Shown: positions 27,266 through 41,054 of the stretch, one piece after another | How positions within the stretch are numbered: position 1 is the first letter of the stretch | Layout of the letters: each line of letters opens with the position of its first letter | Assembly (NCBI GenBank): GCA_002269645.1 | Contig: NIVC01000709.1 | Location: 1-64,000 of the forward strand | DNA length: 64,000 bases | Reading direction: 5' to 3' | Source: Macrostomum lignano | Lineage: Eukaryota | Notes under the pieces: model-generated | The model's database searches: none | The model's input: only the letters and a program-made list of their open reading frames with translations | Told to the model about the DNA's origin: nothing | Made by a program: the position numbers and the translations under genes

Positions 27266-28440
27266 TTCTGAATGATTATTGGGGCCATTCTGAATGATTA
27301 TTGGGGCCATTCTGTATGATTATTGGGGCCATTCTGAATGATTATTGGGGCCATTCTGAATGATTATTGGGGCCATTCTGAATGATTATTGGGGCCATTC
27401 TGAATGATTATTGGGGCCATTCTGAATGATTATTGGGGCCATTCTGAATGATTATTGGGGCCATTCTGAATGATTATTGGGGCCATTCTGAATGATTATT
27501 GGGGCCATTCTGAATGATTATTGATGCCATTCTGAATGATTATTGGGGCCATTCTGAATGATTATTGGGGCCATTCTGAATGATTATTGGGGCCATTCTG
27601 AATGATTATTGGGGCCATTCTGAATGATTATTGGGGCCATTCTGAATGATTATTGGGGCCATTCTGAATGATTATTGATGCCATTCTGAATGATTATTGA
27701 TGCCATTCTGAATGATTATTGGGGCCCTTTCTGAATGATTATTGGTGCCATTCTGAATGATTATTGATGCAATTCTGAATGATTATTGGGGCCATTCTGA
27801 ATGATTATTGGGGCGATTCTGAATGATTATTGGGGCCATTCTGAATGATTATTGGGGCCATTCTGAATGATTATTGGGGCCATTCTGAATGATTATTGGG
27901 GCCATTCTGAATGATTATTGGGGCCATTCTGAATGATTATTGGGGCCATTCTGAATGATTATTGGGGCCATTCTGAATGATTATTGGGGCCATTCTGAAT
28001 GATTATTGGGGCCATTCTGAATGATTATTGGGGCCATTCTGAATGATTATTGGGGCCATTCTGAATGATTATTGGGGCGATTCTGAATGATTATTGGGGC
28101 GATTCTGAATGATTATTGGGGCGATTCTGAATGATTATTAGAGCGATTCTAAATGGTTATTAGGGCGATTCTGAATGATTATTAGAGCGATTCTAAATGG
28201 TTATTAGGGCGATTCTGAATGATTATTTAGGGCGATTCTAAATGGTTATTAGGGCGATTCTGAATGATTATTAGGGTGATTCTGAATGATTATTTAGGGC
28301 GATTCTGAATGATTATTTAGGCGATTCTGAATGATTATAGGGGCCATTCTGAATGATTATTAGGGCGATTCTGAATGGTTATTGGGGCGATTCTGACTGA
28401 TTTTTAGGGCGATTCTGAATGATTATTTAGGCGATTCTAA
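27266..28440. repeat. 22-bp minisatellite (GGGGCCATTCTGAATGATTATT)
   Basis: About 53 copies, drifting to AGGGCGATTC variants at the 3' end; ends ~85 bp from the stop of the minus-strand gene. Confidence 0.96.
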
Positions 28441-28524
28441 ATCTAAAGTGAACCAACAGATAGATTTCTGTAAATAGAATCGGAGCCACAAGGAGCGGTG
28501 ATTCAAATCGAACTCACAGTCCAG

Positions 28525-31500
28525 CTACTGAGCGGGCGGCTGCGGCGGCGGCTGCTGCTGCTGTTGCTGGTTGCCGGCGGGGAACTTCGGCTGCCTCGGC
28601 TGGTAGCCGCCGCGGAACCGCGGCCCGGGACTCCGGTGGTGGAAGCCGGCGCCGAACATTGGCGGCCTGGCGGAATGGTGGTGCGGGTGGTGCTGATGGT
28701 GCGGGTGCGGCGGGCCGCGCGGACCGAACGGTTTCGGCCAGCGCGGGTGCTGCAACGGCAGCGGCGGCGGCCGGTGGTGCGGCTGGTGGCCGTGGAACGG
28801 CGGCCGGGCGGGAGGCGCCGAGTCGTCGTTGACACCGCGGTAGGCGGCCTCCTGTCGGGACAGGTAGTCGTCCAACTCGCGCTCGTCCGCGTCCCCCGGC
28901 CCGCCGCCCGCCTGGCCGCCGCCCAGAAGCTGCCGCTTGGCCGGGGTGGCCTCCGACGCCTCGCCGTCGGCTGCGGCATCGCCTTTCCCGTCGCCATCGT
29001 CTCTGCCGGCGGCGTCGGCCGTGCCGTTCACCCGGCGCCGCTTGACTCCCTGATTGGAAGCGGCGGCAGCGGCAGCTTCAAAAGCGGCCGCGGGGTCTGG
29101 GGCGGCGGCATCGAAGCTGAGCAGGGAGTCGCAGGCGTCAGGCAGGCAGCGCAGGCAGGCACCCGGCCGCAGGCGGTAGGCGGCCAGGGCAGCCGGAGAG
29201 TCGAGCAGTTCGCCTGAGCAGCTGCACGCGGGCCAGTGGATGAAAGCGGAAAGGAGGGGGTGGAGCCCCCGGGGCGCCAGGGGGAGCAGCAGGTGAGAGG
29301 CTGGCCAAGGTGCTGTCCGGCTTTGCTTTTTTATCACCGTTTCTGCTTTTTTATTTTACTCTTGTTCTTTACCATTTCTCTGCTTTTCTAGGCTTGTCTG
29401 CTTCTGTTTTAGTGTGTTTTCAAACTGAATTATCTCTAGCTAACTTATCGATGACTCTTTCTTTCTCTTCTACTCGAAACTTTTATATTATCTTTGTATA
29501 ATAAAAATGCGAGAGATAAAAATGAGAAGTTTTTTTATTTAATGTCACACTAGAAATCAAGCAAGTGGCATCATTCCAGTTAGGATAGAAAAGCTAATTA
29601 ATTGACTACGTTTGGCATATCATTAAACATGATCACAGAGCAGCGGTTATCTAAAACACATATCTGACTGCCGTGCGGTACAGATTGGATTGTGAAACAA
29701 AAAATAAGTATAATAATCAAAATGCCTGCTGCCAAAAATTGGACAAAGGAGGTCCAAAAACACATTAGCAGTTCTAAATGTGTAATGCGCGACACACCAA
29801 AAATGTTTTAAGAAAAAATAAAATTAAACCGGTTGGCAGCTCGCAGTGGGGGATCTGCCAGCTCCAACGGAGGGATGCCAAGCTAATAAGCTGCGAAGCA
29901 CGCCTTCTGGCAGCCTGAGCTCCAGCCACCCTACTCACGCTGCCTACTCAACTCGGCTTGCTCAATTCTATTACTGAGCAGAAGCCCAGCCCGAGAACAG
30001 CCAATCAGATTCATTTATTATCTAGTCACCTCACTCTGTCCGAGCCCAGCCAATCAGAATCATTTACTATCTAGTCACCTCACTCCTTACCCTTAGCCCG
30101 AGCCCAGCCTATTAGAATCATTTACTATCTAGTCACCTCACCCTCAGCCCGAGCCCAGCCAATCAGATTCAGTTTAGTCACCTCACTCTGTCCGAGCCTA
30201 GCCAATCAGAATAATTCACTATCTAGCCACCTCACCCTCAGCCAGAGATCAGCCAATCAGTATAATTCACTATCTAGCCACCTCACCCTCAGCCAGAGAT
30301 CAGCCAATCAGTATAATTTACTATCTAGCCACCTCACCCTCAGCCACAGCCCAGCCAATCATAAACATTTATTATCCAGCAACCTCACCCCAGCCAGAGC
30401 TCAGCCAATCAGTATAATTTACTATCTAGCCACCTCACCCTCAGCCAGAGATCAGCCATTCAGTATAATTTACTATCTAGCCACCTCACCCTCAGCCCGA
30501 GCCCAGCCAATCAGAAACATTTATTATCCAGCAACCTTACCCTCAGCCACAGCCCAGCTAATCAGAAACATTTATTATCCAGCAACCTCACCCTCAGCCA
30601 CAGCCCAGCTAATCAGAAACATTTATTATCCAGCAACCTCACCCTCAGCCACAGCCCAGCCAATCAGAAACATTTATTATCCAGCAACCTCACCCTCAGC
30701 CACAGCCCAGCTAATCAGAAACATTTATTATCCAGCAACCTCACCCTCAGCCACAGCCCAGCCAATCAGAAACATTTATTATCCAGCAACCTCACCCTCA
30801 GCCCGAGCCCAGCCAATCAGAAACATTTATTATCCAGCAACCTCACCCTCAGCCACAGCCCAGCCAATCAGAATAATTTACTATCTAGCAACCTCACCCT
30901 CAGTCCGAGCAAAGCCAATCAGAACTAATTACTACCTAGCCACCTCACTTTGCTCATGGGATAGCTCCATTACAATGATTGGCATTATTTATTAGCCATG
31001 ACAACAAATTTTCGCAGATCATCAGAAGTTTATAAAATCAAAGCTGTTTCTCTAACTAAATCTTTTATACCAACCAGTTGAAATTTTCCAATATCTATAT
31101 TAAAAATCATAAAAGTTATCACTAGTGAGGTAGCTAAAATCAGTAGAAGGGTAAATTTGTTACTTTAGTAGTAAAAAAAGCTACTTAGTGATTTATTGAT
31201 TGCAATATTAAAAGATTATGGTTATATAAGTTGAGTATAGCAGTCTATTGCACAACCTTTTCTTAAACAAAGTTTAGCACTGAGTGACTTACGTTAGCTT
31301 AATATTTTTTCATGAGACTTCTAGACCATCTACATCAGCCCGATAGTTTCACTTCAATATCACTGGTAACACAGATGCATTATAATAATAAGATTCTCAA
31401 CACAACTGTAGAGTTAAAGCACACCGGTACACAGTTAATTTACACTGGCGGGTGGCAACACAAGTCAGTCATCAGCTAACTAAGCGAAGAAATATTTACT

Positions 31501-34500
31501 GATGGGGCAGAGTTCTCGGGTGATTTGAGAACAGTTTTAACGCTTAGACCCTACATTTTCAATATTTCAGTGGATTTTATCACTACTGCAGTTGTTTCGC
31601 TCTGCAAGATGATAATTAATAAAAACCATCAATTGGTCAGATTGTCAGCATGCAGTCAGCTAGTTAAGCCAGTACATAATTGGTTAGTGCAAATGTCAGC
31701 TGGCCTAGAAATTATAGTTAACCAAAAAATCACGTGATGGGATTGGCAATGCGTGGCACTAAGACAGAAGGGAGAGAGAAGGGAGTCAATTGACAGTTAT
31801 ACTCAGCAACATCAAAGAGTCGCCACCCTTTGCCCCAGTGAGCAGTGCTTTTCGACCAGCGTCTATCACCTGGCCAACCATTTTGATATTAACAAAACGC
31901 AAATACTGAGCTGGAATTTGCTGCGCACTCTCATAGGTGGCCACATTTTAATGTTGTTGAGTATTAAGCCTATCCAACCAAGAAGCTCCATTCGCTGCAG
32001 CAGCCACTTGCCACAGAACTGCATTCGGCCATAGACAGTAAAGCCGATCAAACTGTTCAAGGCTCCACTCTATGGTTAAACCCCAAGTAGAGAATTTCAC
32101 CTTACCTATTGCATTAGTCCCAGTTAATTTCTAGCATAATATCGTTAATTAGAAAGCTACACAATAAACAATACCAAGTGCCTGAGCGGGTTAAAGAACT
32201 GCTGTCTGCAGGAGTCTCTATATACAAATCCGAGTGGTGAAGTCAAGAGAGATTAACTACTAAGACAAATGAATTCAATATAAAATATCACAATTAAACC
32301 AAAAATAACAGACTAAAGATATGTATTAACTGACACTCAGTGGGTGCTGCTGTTGTGTGGTTGCGGTGGAGGTTAGGCCGAGAGAGAAGCGACTAAAAGC
32401 TTACATTCTGCTTATAAAATCTTATTATAGTACTTTTATTCATTCATGTTCCACTGGTCTATGCAGCCTAATAGGTGATGGAGAATTTGAGACTGGAATA
32501 GAATACAAAGCAGGCTGACTCAGCTCACAGCTAATATTATCCTCTGCACACTCAAGGTCACTCTCTAATAGAAGTTGTTGTTCCTTAATTATGAATTAAC
32601 TGCTCACATTTGCCAGACTGCAAAAAATGAGAAGAGTGCAAAAGAGAGAAAAGGCAGTAAACATAACGTGACCAACCAGTTTATGCAAGCGGTTATGAAC
32701 AATAAATAAACACGGTACATATACATAGAGTACAAGATTATGCCTTGTTGCTTAGCAGCTGTATTTTATGTTGTTGTTGTTGTTTTAATGAGGCAGGCAA
32801 ACAAATTTCGCGGGACAATTAATTTGGAAACTGAGCACAAAAACTGTCAGTCTAATTTTGAGCCACTGTATGGCCTCTGACCTACCTTTGCGCTGCGGCT
32901 ATGAACCAGCTCACACACTTTCACAGCTCTCCTTCCACTATGCCTGATAACAGCCTTGCTTAAAACTATCGAAATTAACGATTTCGGTAACAAGCCCTAA
33001 AGCAACAGTCAATAGTAAAAATTAATTCCTCAGCTATCAATCATCATACTTAAACGAGTTGAGTGCGCTGTGACCGCACTCTCTCCGCAAATGCTTTTTG
33101 GAACCTGAAATAAAGGAGACAAATGTCAATAAAAATAGGGAGTAAATTTGCGTTACACACTACTAATAAGCATTCCCCCTAGACTAACATTGAATCTATT
33201 CTAGTTATCAATCTCTTAGCAACGGCAGTGTTTACCGTAGCAACGGGATCGATGAAACCTGGACCAATAAATCAATGCAAAGCAATCTTAAATACGCTAA
33301 AAAACACAAATAAATGTAAAGATGTAAGCAGCAATTTGATCCCAAATAGTTGGGGATATTTTCTATCTTTATAAACTGCATCTGGAATAGAAAAGGCTGA
33401 GTTCCCATCATAATGTAACGATGCAATTTCGTTGCTGGGCAAAATGCAGACTGAGCGGCGGCCCTGCAGGTGAGTGAAATGCAATCAATGGATTTGCAAC
33501 ACCGACTCGGTTGATGAGGCACACAGGAAGTCCCCCCCCCCACATCCCGAAACTGGAGTTCTGCCGCCTCACCTGGTGAAAGCCACGGTGCCGTCCTCGC
33601 GGATGAGCCGGCGCCACGGTCCGCTGCACTTTTTGTCGGTGTCGCCGCCGGGGCCCGAAGTCGCTGCCGTCGGCGTCAGCGCGGCACCAGCCGTCGCAGT
33701 CGAAGCCGGAGATGCTGTCGCAGCCGCCGATGAAGCGCCATTGGCGCTGCCGTCTTTGTTGTACAGCACAGGCCGGCGGACTATGGTGCAGTTGGGATCA
33801 TCTTCCTGCTGCTGCTGCTGAGCAGTCTGAGTAGTTGGCTGCTTGCCAGCCTCGGCTGCCGCTGATGCAGCAGACGCTGGCGGCGTATTGTTGGCGTTGG
33901 CAGCCGACACGGCGGCTTCAACAGACACGGCTGGAGCCATCGATGACTGCGGCACTTGCTGGTGAAGCTGCTGCTGTTGCTGCTGCTGCAAAAGCAGCTG
34001 TTGGGCAGCCGCAGCCGCCTGTTGCTGCTGTTGGTGTTGCTGCTGCTGAAGCAGTTGATGCTGCTGCTGCTGCTGAAAATCTTTAGCGATATGCGGCGAC
34101 CTGGCAGCGGCGGCCGCGGCCAGCAATTGCTGCTGCTGCTGCTGCTGAAGAAAATGCTGCGCGTAGGCGCTCTGAGCAGCCATCAATTGATGATGTTGAA
34201 GCAATGCGGCCTGCTGTTGTTGCTGCTGCTGCTGTTGCAGCAGAGCCAGCTGCTGTAACTGCTGCTGCTGCTGTTGTTGTTGCTGCTGATGTTGCTGGAA
34301 CTGAGCAGCGGCAGCAGCCTGCTGAAGGTACTGCTGAAGCTGCAGTTGGCTCTGCAGCATAGCAGGATTAGCGGCGGCAGCAGCGGAAGTCATGGGATAC
34401 AGGGCCTGCTGGGCGGCCGCAGCGCTGACAGCTGGTATGAGCTGAGCCGCCTGGCCTCCGCCCTGTGGCAGCATCACGTACTGAGCCAGAGCCTGCTGCG

Positions 34501-34780
34501 GCAGCGTCGTGGCAGCGGCGGCGGCCATGCGCTGGGCTTGCAGCTGGGCCTGGACCTGCTGCGCCTGGGCGGACAGGCCAAGCTGGGCCAGCTGTGCCGG
34601 GTGCAGTGGAATCCCGGCAGCACCGGCCCCGGCAGCCAGACTGACTGGAACTGACTGGCCCGCAGCTGGGACCGCCTGCTGTGGCTGCTGCTGCTGCTGC
34701 TGGCTGGCAGCGGCGGCATAGAGCTGGGCCAGGTAGGCATCCAGACTGCCAGCCGCAGCACCTGGCGGCTTTGCATTCAT
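28525..34780 (-). CDS. Q/A/P-rich protein with a divergent MBD5/MBD6-type methyl-CpG-binding-like domain. Exons 34780-33573 and 29221-28525
   Basis: Phase-2 splice (acc ag|gtgagg ... pyrimidine tract gtgcag|c tgc) gives GPWRRLIREDGTVAFTSCSGELLDSPAALAAYRLRPGAC...LLSFD. This resembles the MBD5/6 pattern [21 protein letters not shown]...YLLTDGTC...FNFD (recalled, not searched). No PWWP domain seen. Confidence 0.72.
29985..30945. repeat. ~51-bp intronic minisatellite containing CAGCCAATCAG
   Basis: AATCAG spaced 51 bp apart (30611, 30662); ~18 diverged copies. Confidence 0.93.
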
Positions 34781-37700
34781 TACTACTTTTATTAGTACTA
34801 TATGAGTGTTGCAGAGCCAATCAAAAGTCTCAGATGGTGTAACAAGGAATGTATTTAGCTAAGAATGCACAATGTGCATAGCCCAAATTGATTAGCTGGA
34901 CATGCAGTGAATTGAGATGAGTACAATTCTGAGAGTGGCAAATTAGGTTGAATAATAAAATAAGAGAAAAAATAGACAAAGTTGACAGTTGATTTGTTGC
35001 AAAATTTTAATGGGATTTTATAATGGAGTCAAAGAGAACAAACAGATTATATAATCCATTCTTTTTGGTTTATACTTGAATACATAAACAGGATAGGCCA
35101 ATTATATCATCTACAAATCTTTCATTTTATTAATTTATTGTCTTTACATTTATCATATGCTTAAGTTATTCTTAATTAATTGTTCTTTCTAATATATTAT
35201 TTTCTATATTGTATATATTATGTATATTATATCTTTTAAGAGAAGGTAAAGAAATTATTTCAATAAAACATAGAAAATATAAGATTCATTGTAAAAGGTC
35301 AATAAAAGTTCAGATGAAAATTATTGATACTAGTCATATAATTTAAAATACAGATTGACAAGTGCTAGTGCTTTTGGATAAGAAAAATAAAAATAATTAT
35401 ATGAATTAGACATTTTTCTACTTTTTAGACAAACTTCATTTATTAACAAAATGATTTGTAAAAATCAAATGATTTTGGTAAAAACCTATTCAAAAGGTCA
35501 ATACAAATTGACTAATATTTGTTATGATCATTTACTTTATATAATGTCTAAACAAATTGATTAAAGGCCTATATACTTTATAAGGGAATAACTTAAACAA
35601 AAAACTATATAATAAATTAGGTTAAGTAATATGATAGACAAATTTTGTCTATTTATCATATTGTCTACTTTATATACACATAAAATGGTTTGAAATTTAC
35701 AATTTTTAACTAATCATCAAATTTAAAACATAGAAAAAAATCTCAAAATAATCAATTTTATATTTTATCTCGATATACAAAGTAAAACTAATATGTTGTT
35801 CATATGTATATTCAATAACTCTTCCTAATATATAACAAATTCATAGAAGATAAATATATTATATTTTAAATACAATAAAACCTATATGTATTATATATAT
35901 GCCTAAATATGCCCAATATACAAATGTGATCTAAACTAAGGTAGATAAGCACTCATTAAAGTTTGAATATCTTTGTACTATGCTGGGAAATCCTAGCATA
36001 GGCTTTCATGTTGCCTTCCAAACTGCCAAACTATAGCCTATCTTATCTATAGCATAAATGATTAAAGCCTAGGTTAAAGCTAAGCCCAAGCAAGGCCAAG
36101 CCAAGGTAAAGAGCATGAGTTTTGTTTTATGTTTGCACTCTTTAATTAAGAATTGTCAAAATGTTGAAAAGCAAGACCCATTAGTCCTGTCTAGACCTAT
36201 GCCTATCTGGCTATCTCTTAGAAGTAAAACATTTTTTGTATTTGTACTATACAGTAGGCTAGGCCTACATTTTAAAATGCTATGGCCTGGGTGGGTTTAG
36301 ACACATTGTATTTACATAGACATAGTGTGGCAACTTAACACGTTTAGAAAAATTAAATTAGGAAGAAATTGCTGATTGCTGATCAATCGATCATAAAAAA
36401 CCACACTGAAATGACTAAATAGACAAAAAACAAGTCCTGAATAATCAATATTTTTAGCTTATGGCAAATTTTGAAAACTGTCACGAATAAATGTACAATA
36501 GGTAATTTATCTAAGCTAATTTCATTTTCTTAAAATTGAACTAAATTTAACTTTTCCTAGATATATTTTGATGCACCAAATTTAAGATAGGAAGCCTGAT
36601 AATTGACTTGTTAAATCTAGAGCGATTTTTGCAACTTTTTATTTTGAAAGGCAATTTGTCTTTTCTAAGAAAGAAGGTAAAGAAAAACGATGTGTCGATG
36701 TTTTATGATCAGTACGAGGAAATAATAGTAGGTAGGTAGCACTAACACTAATCACTAATAGTTGCGGCGTTGCGTTAAGTAAGCCTAAGTTTTCTTTTTC
36801 ATTGCTGAGATAAAACGCCCAAGTGATTAAGTAATGCTTGAGCGATTCCCATCTCATTTAAATTCGAGAAAAAATCAATTCTAGCGTAGCTAATCGTCGT
36901 CTATAGCGGCATAGCCTAGGTGGTGCCTTAGCCATGTTGATGCCAATCCACCATAGCTATCTGCATATCGTTATTACCTATCATAGACATAGCTAGCGCC
37001 TATGGCTATGTCATGATATTTCAGAATTTCCTATTAATGGCAGTCCTAATTCCTAAATTCATAGGTTTTGAGAATAGTTATTATTATTATTGATATTGTT
37101 CCATGTGTTCTAGTTTTAATTAGTGATACTGATAGTATGTTGATTAAATGATTGTTGTATATAATTGTGGCCAATCTATAATGCAGAATTTTTTGTTGTA
37201 GATAGATAATTTAAGATAAATTGCATATTTACACATTTGTAATAATACTAAATACTTATAATATGATTTTTATATTGAACTTTATGCCATAACTTTTTGC
37301 TATAAATTATCTTCTAGATTTTTTCAAACTTTTAGTCTAAAAACAAAAGTGTAAAGTAACAAGTAAAAGTCACACAGTAAAAGGTCAATGAGTGAGATAG
37401 GATAGGCCTAATATAGTAATCCAAAGCAAGAAAAAGGGCTATCTGGGGTTACTGGTCAAGTCAATGACAACCATTTTGGTGACAAGTTTGGAAACTTTGA
37501 TGACAACCTCAGTCAAATTGGTAATACTACCAAAAATTGTTCATGTAATTTAGAGATTTACTCTACATGTATTGCTTTTTTATAATTATTTTTTGTAGTT
37601 TATTTTGTTTTTCTTCTTGAAGTCAATTGCATTGTTTGATTTTTGACTATATACAATATACTGAATAGTGTACTATATCTTATGCAAAGAGCTTAGCTTC

Positions 37701-38299
37701 TACTTGGATATCTATTGGACATCACAGTTTAATTTACTAATTAAGTAATAATTTAAAGACTTATAATTTTATCTACATTTAGTTTGACTTTCTTCTTAAA
37801 AGTAATATGATCAATGATACAGTACAGTGTATTTGAGACAATTTAGTCAGTATAGTGCAGCTGTAATTACTAGAGTATACCAAATGCATTTATAGTGCAG
37901 ATTGCATTCTAAGAAAAGTGATTTTTTGAGTATACTTTGCTAGTGAAGTGAGTAAATAGAATAACAAAAAACTTCTTAAACTTAAAAAAATAAAATAAAG
38001 ACATGCAACAATAAAAGATTAAAGCTGCAACCTGATTAAAAGCTAATTGATCAATTCTACACGCCACCTAATTAAAATCTAGATAGCTACAGCTAAGCTA
38101 AAAATCACTTTGGAGCAAACAGGCGCAAACAATCCTTCAGCAGACGCAAAGCCAACTGACTGCCATTGTTGTATTCTGCCCAATATTTAAATGCTTGACT
38201 TGCACACTACGATATGCCTGGTGTTGCTTGCGTTACAGAGCTCCGTATGACAAAAGCTGCATCTGAAGTGGCACAAGAGACGCTTCCCTATGAAGCAGT

Positions 38300-40016
38300 T
38301 TAGGAAGAAAGTAAAAGTGTTGATCTCCTTATCCAGCCTTCCTATTTAGCCTGTTGTGCCAGCCTTCCAAGTCATTGTTAGTACAGATCAGCTGCCAATA
38401 AATATAGATGTCTTCTGTGCACCAGTGACTACTGTTAGCTAACCAAGTGCTGTTAACATACTGACACAGATCTAATAGTCTCCGGTTGGCGAATTGATTA
38501 GCAGAGGCTTATAGGTGAAGAAAAGCAGGTGCTATGCAGTCACTCGGCAACTATGGCAAGGACATTAATTTTCTGATGAAGCACTGTATGCCCTCGTCTT
38601 GATTGTATGATGGTTGAAGACTGATAGACTGTACTCTGGGCCATACTGCTTGCATCCAATTAAAGTTGCAGTCCCTGACACATATCTAAAGAAACTTGTG
38701 CCAGATTGCCTTCCATACAGCTTTCTTGAAATCTAGTACAAACTGCGTGGGGTTAGCTATTGGCACCAGAGACTTAATTTTACAAAGAATAGCCTTGTAG
38801 TCACAAGATCAATGCCTGGACATAATGATGCAAGCCAATGGAACCTATATGTACATATAAATATGAACAAGAATTCATTAAAACATTATTAGGATCAGGA
38901 CACAAATTCACTTGCTCAATTGACCTCAACTCACCTGTTTGGCTTGTCTATTAGAGTGCAGAAATGCATGTAGAGAGTAAAGTTGAACAAAAGGGTGTCT
39001 TACAACTTGAAATATACCATCAAGATAGACATCTTTTGCACTGTGAAGAAAATCTAGCTGCTGTTCTATGGCAAAGAGAAATGTCTGCACTCTCCAACAA
39101 CAATGTCGGGTTGTAAGAAGCCATCAGGAATTTCTTCATGGGCTAGTTTAAATTCCAGATCCTGTGGCTCCTCTGGACACTTCCATTCTCAAAATTGGTT
39201 CGCAACTCTAGTAAGATTTGCTGGTTTTGGAAGATTTGCAGCTCTAGATACTTTAAACTTACACAAAAGATGATCTTCTAAAATTTTGGCTGCTAATTCA
39301 AAAAAATCGCAACTGCTGCACTCTTAATGTCCCAAGAAAGTTTGCGTACCTTCGCTGCATCTGATGTCAGCTCATAACAATGCCAGCTCTTTCCAAGTAC
39401 AAACTCTATCAGTACAAATAAGAGTTGTATGGCATGACACTCGGTGACTGCGCTGGGTACTTCGACAATGCTCCTTAATTCCATGCCTTTGATAAAAGCC
39501 ATATGTATAGCCTTTTGATGACACTACAACTGTGCTGCTATGGCTGCTTCCTGCTTCAACGATATCGAACGTTTCTTCTGTAAACTCAAGTTCAGAAACT
39601 AAGCATGGCTTTGGATCATCAATATCAATGTCCTCTGGATCCTGTTGATCCTGGGGATTGTCACTGTGCTGTTTGTCAAAGCCTACTTCTTTGACAATGT
39701 CTTCTGGATCATGTTGAACCTGGCAATCGTCACCATGCTGTTTGCCAAAGTCTACTTCTTGCTCAGCATGGTGCTGGTTGTCATCATGTGCAGCCTAATA
39801 TATATCATAGTCATCATCCAGCTGCTGTACATGTACATTAGGATGGGAGCATTCTGAGCAGTGCCAAGAAAAAGTTCCTAGTTTTTTTAAGTGGAAGTAC
39901 GTCCTTGCATTCATGCCTATTCCATAGACTCTGAGCTGCCAGTGGTGGCAGCTATCACAAAGTAGGCCGTGTTGAAGAAGGCAAACCTCCTTCCCACAAC
40001 TCAAGCACAAATCCAT
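38300..40016 (-). mobile_element. Degenerate Mutator/MULE transposase with N-terminal PHD-like finger
   Basis: Minus-strand fragments with stops and frameshifts: CLSCGKEV...LLCDSCHHW...WHCSEC; LPKPANLTRVANQF*...PEEPQDLEF...FLQPD...RHF; QLDFLHSAKDVYLDGIFQVVRHPFVQLYSLHAF; FVLDFKKAVWKAI...CNFNWMQAVW. These match MULE DG(T)F, DFE and GCxFH motifs. Ends not defined. Confidence 0.78.
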
Positions 40017-41054
40017 GACAAGTCTAAAATAGGCAAATAAAACAGTTTTGTCCTTTTATATTTATTGGCTGGCAATTAATTACTCACTGCACTGTATCTC
40101 TCCCTTGAGTCCCCATTTAGCAGAAAAACTTAATAGCTATTGAGTATGCATGTACACTTGTCATATGAACTAGATCAGCACTTATTTTTCATTCATTGCA
40201 TAAATGCTTTGCAATTTAAATGAGATGAACAACCAGACTAATATTCAAGTAGCCAGAAAAGCTACCTGCATAAAGACAGGGTATACTATTCAGTATAATG
40301 TATATAGTCAAAAATTGATCAATGCAATTGACTTTAGAAGAAAAACAAAATAAACTGCAAAAAATGACTATAAAGGAAAAGCAAGCATGTCAGCTAAAAA
40401 ACGATAAAAAATGCATTTGCTCAAATAAATCTCTAAATTACATAAACAATTTATAGCAATGTCACCGATTTGACTTAGGTTGTCATCAAAATGTCTTGTC
40501 ACTGACTTGACTAGTAATCCTATCTAGTAGTATCCTATAGAATCATTTGTTAAATTATTATTTTTTTATTATTTCCAAAAGTATAAAACAAATGAACAAA
40601 TGAATAGTTAAATATATACTAGCATTAAAATTGTTTGTTATAATCAATTGAGAACTTTAAAGCTAGCTATACCTTTGAAGGTAGCACAATCCAACTTAAG
40701 GCCACTGTTTGTCTAGCTATCTAGAAAGTAGCAGTCCAAAATCAGAAATGTAAGCAATGGCTTGGCTTGAATTCTAGTATTGTAGCTTAGTAGCTAATTT
40801 TTCAATCTCAAATATATTTCCCTTAAGGTTCCCACATTGTCTTAGCCCCCATATGGTTGCCTTTCTCTTTTTAGACAGAGACTAAAAAAATCTAAGGGGG
40901 GCCAAGCAAATTTTTGCCAAAAACTAAGCCACCTATTTGTCCCCTCTCCCAGGTCCTTACCCACCAGAATCTGTCTTCCCTGTTCTAAAAAAATTCTGGT
41001 TGCGCTACTGTAGGATACATTTGATTATTGCTTAAAATAAATTGAAAAATATTA

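Noticed and set aside
31753-32060. Possible middle exon of the MBD-like gene
   Set aside because: Not needed, since 33573 joins 29221 in frame, and it would interrupt the domain motif.
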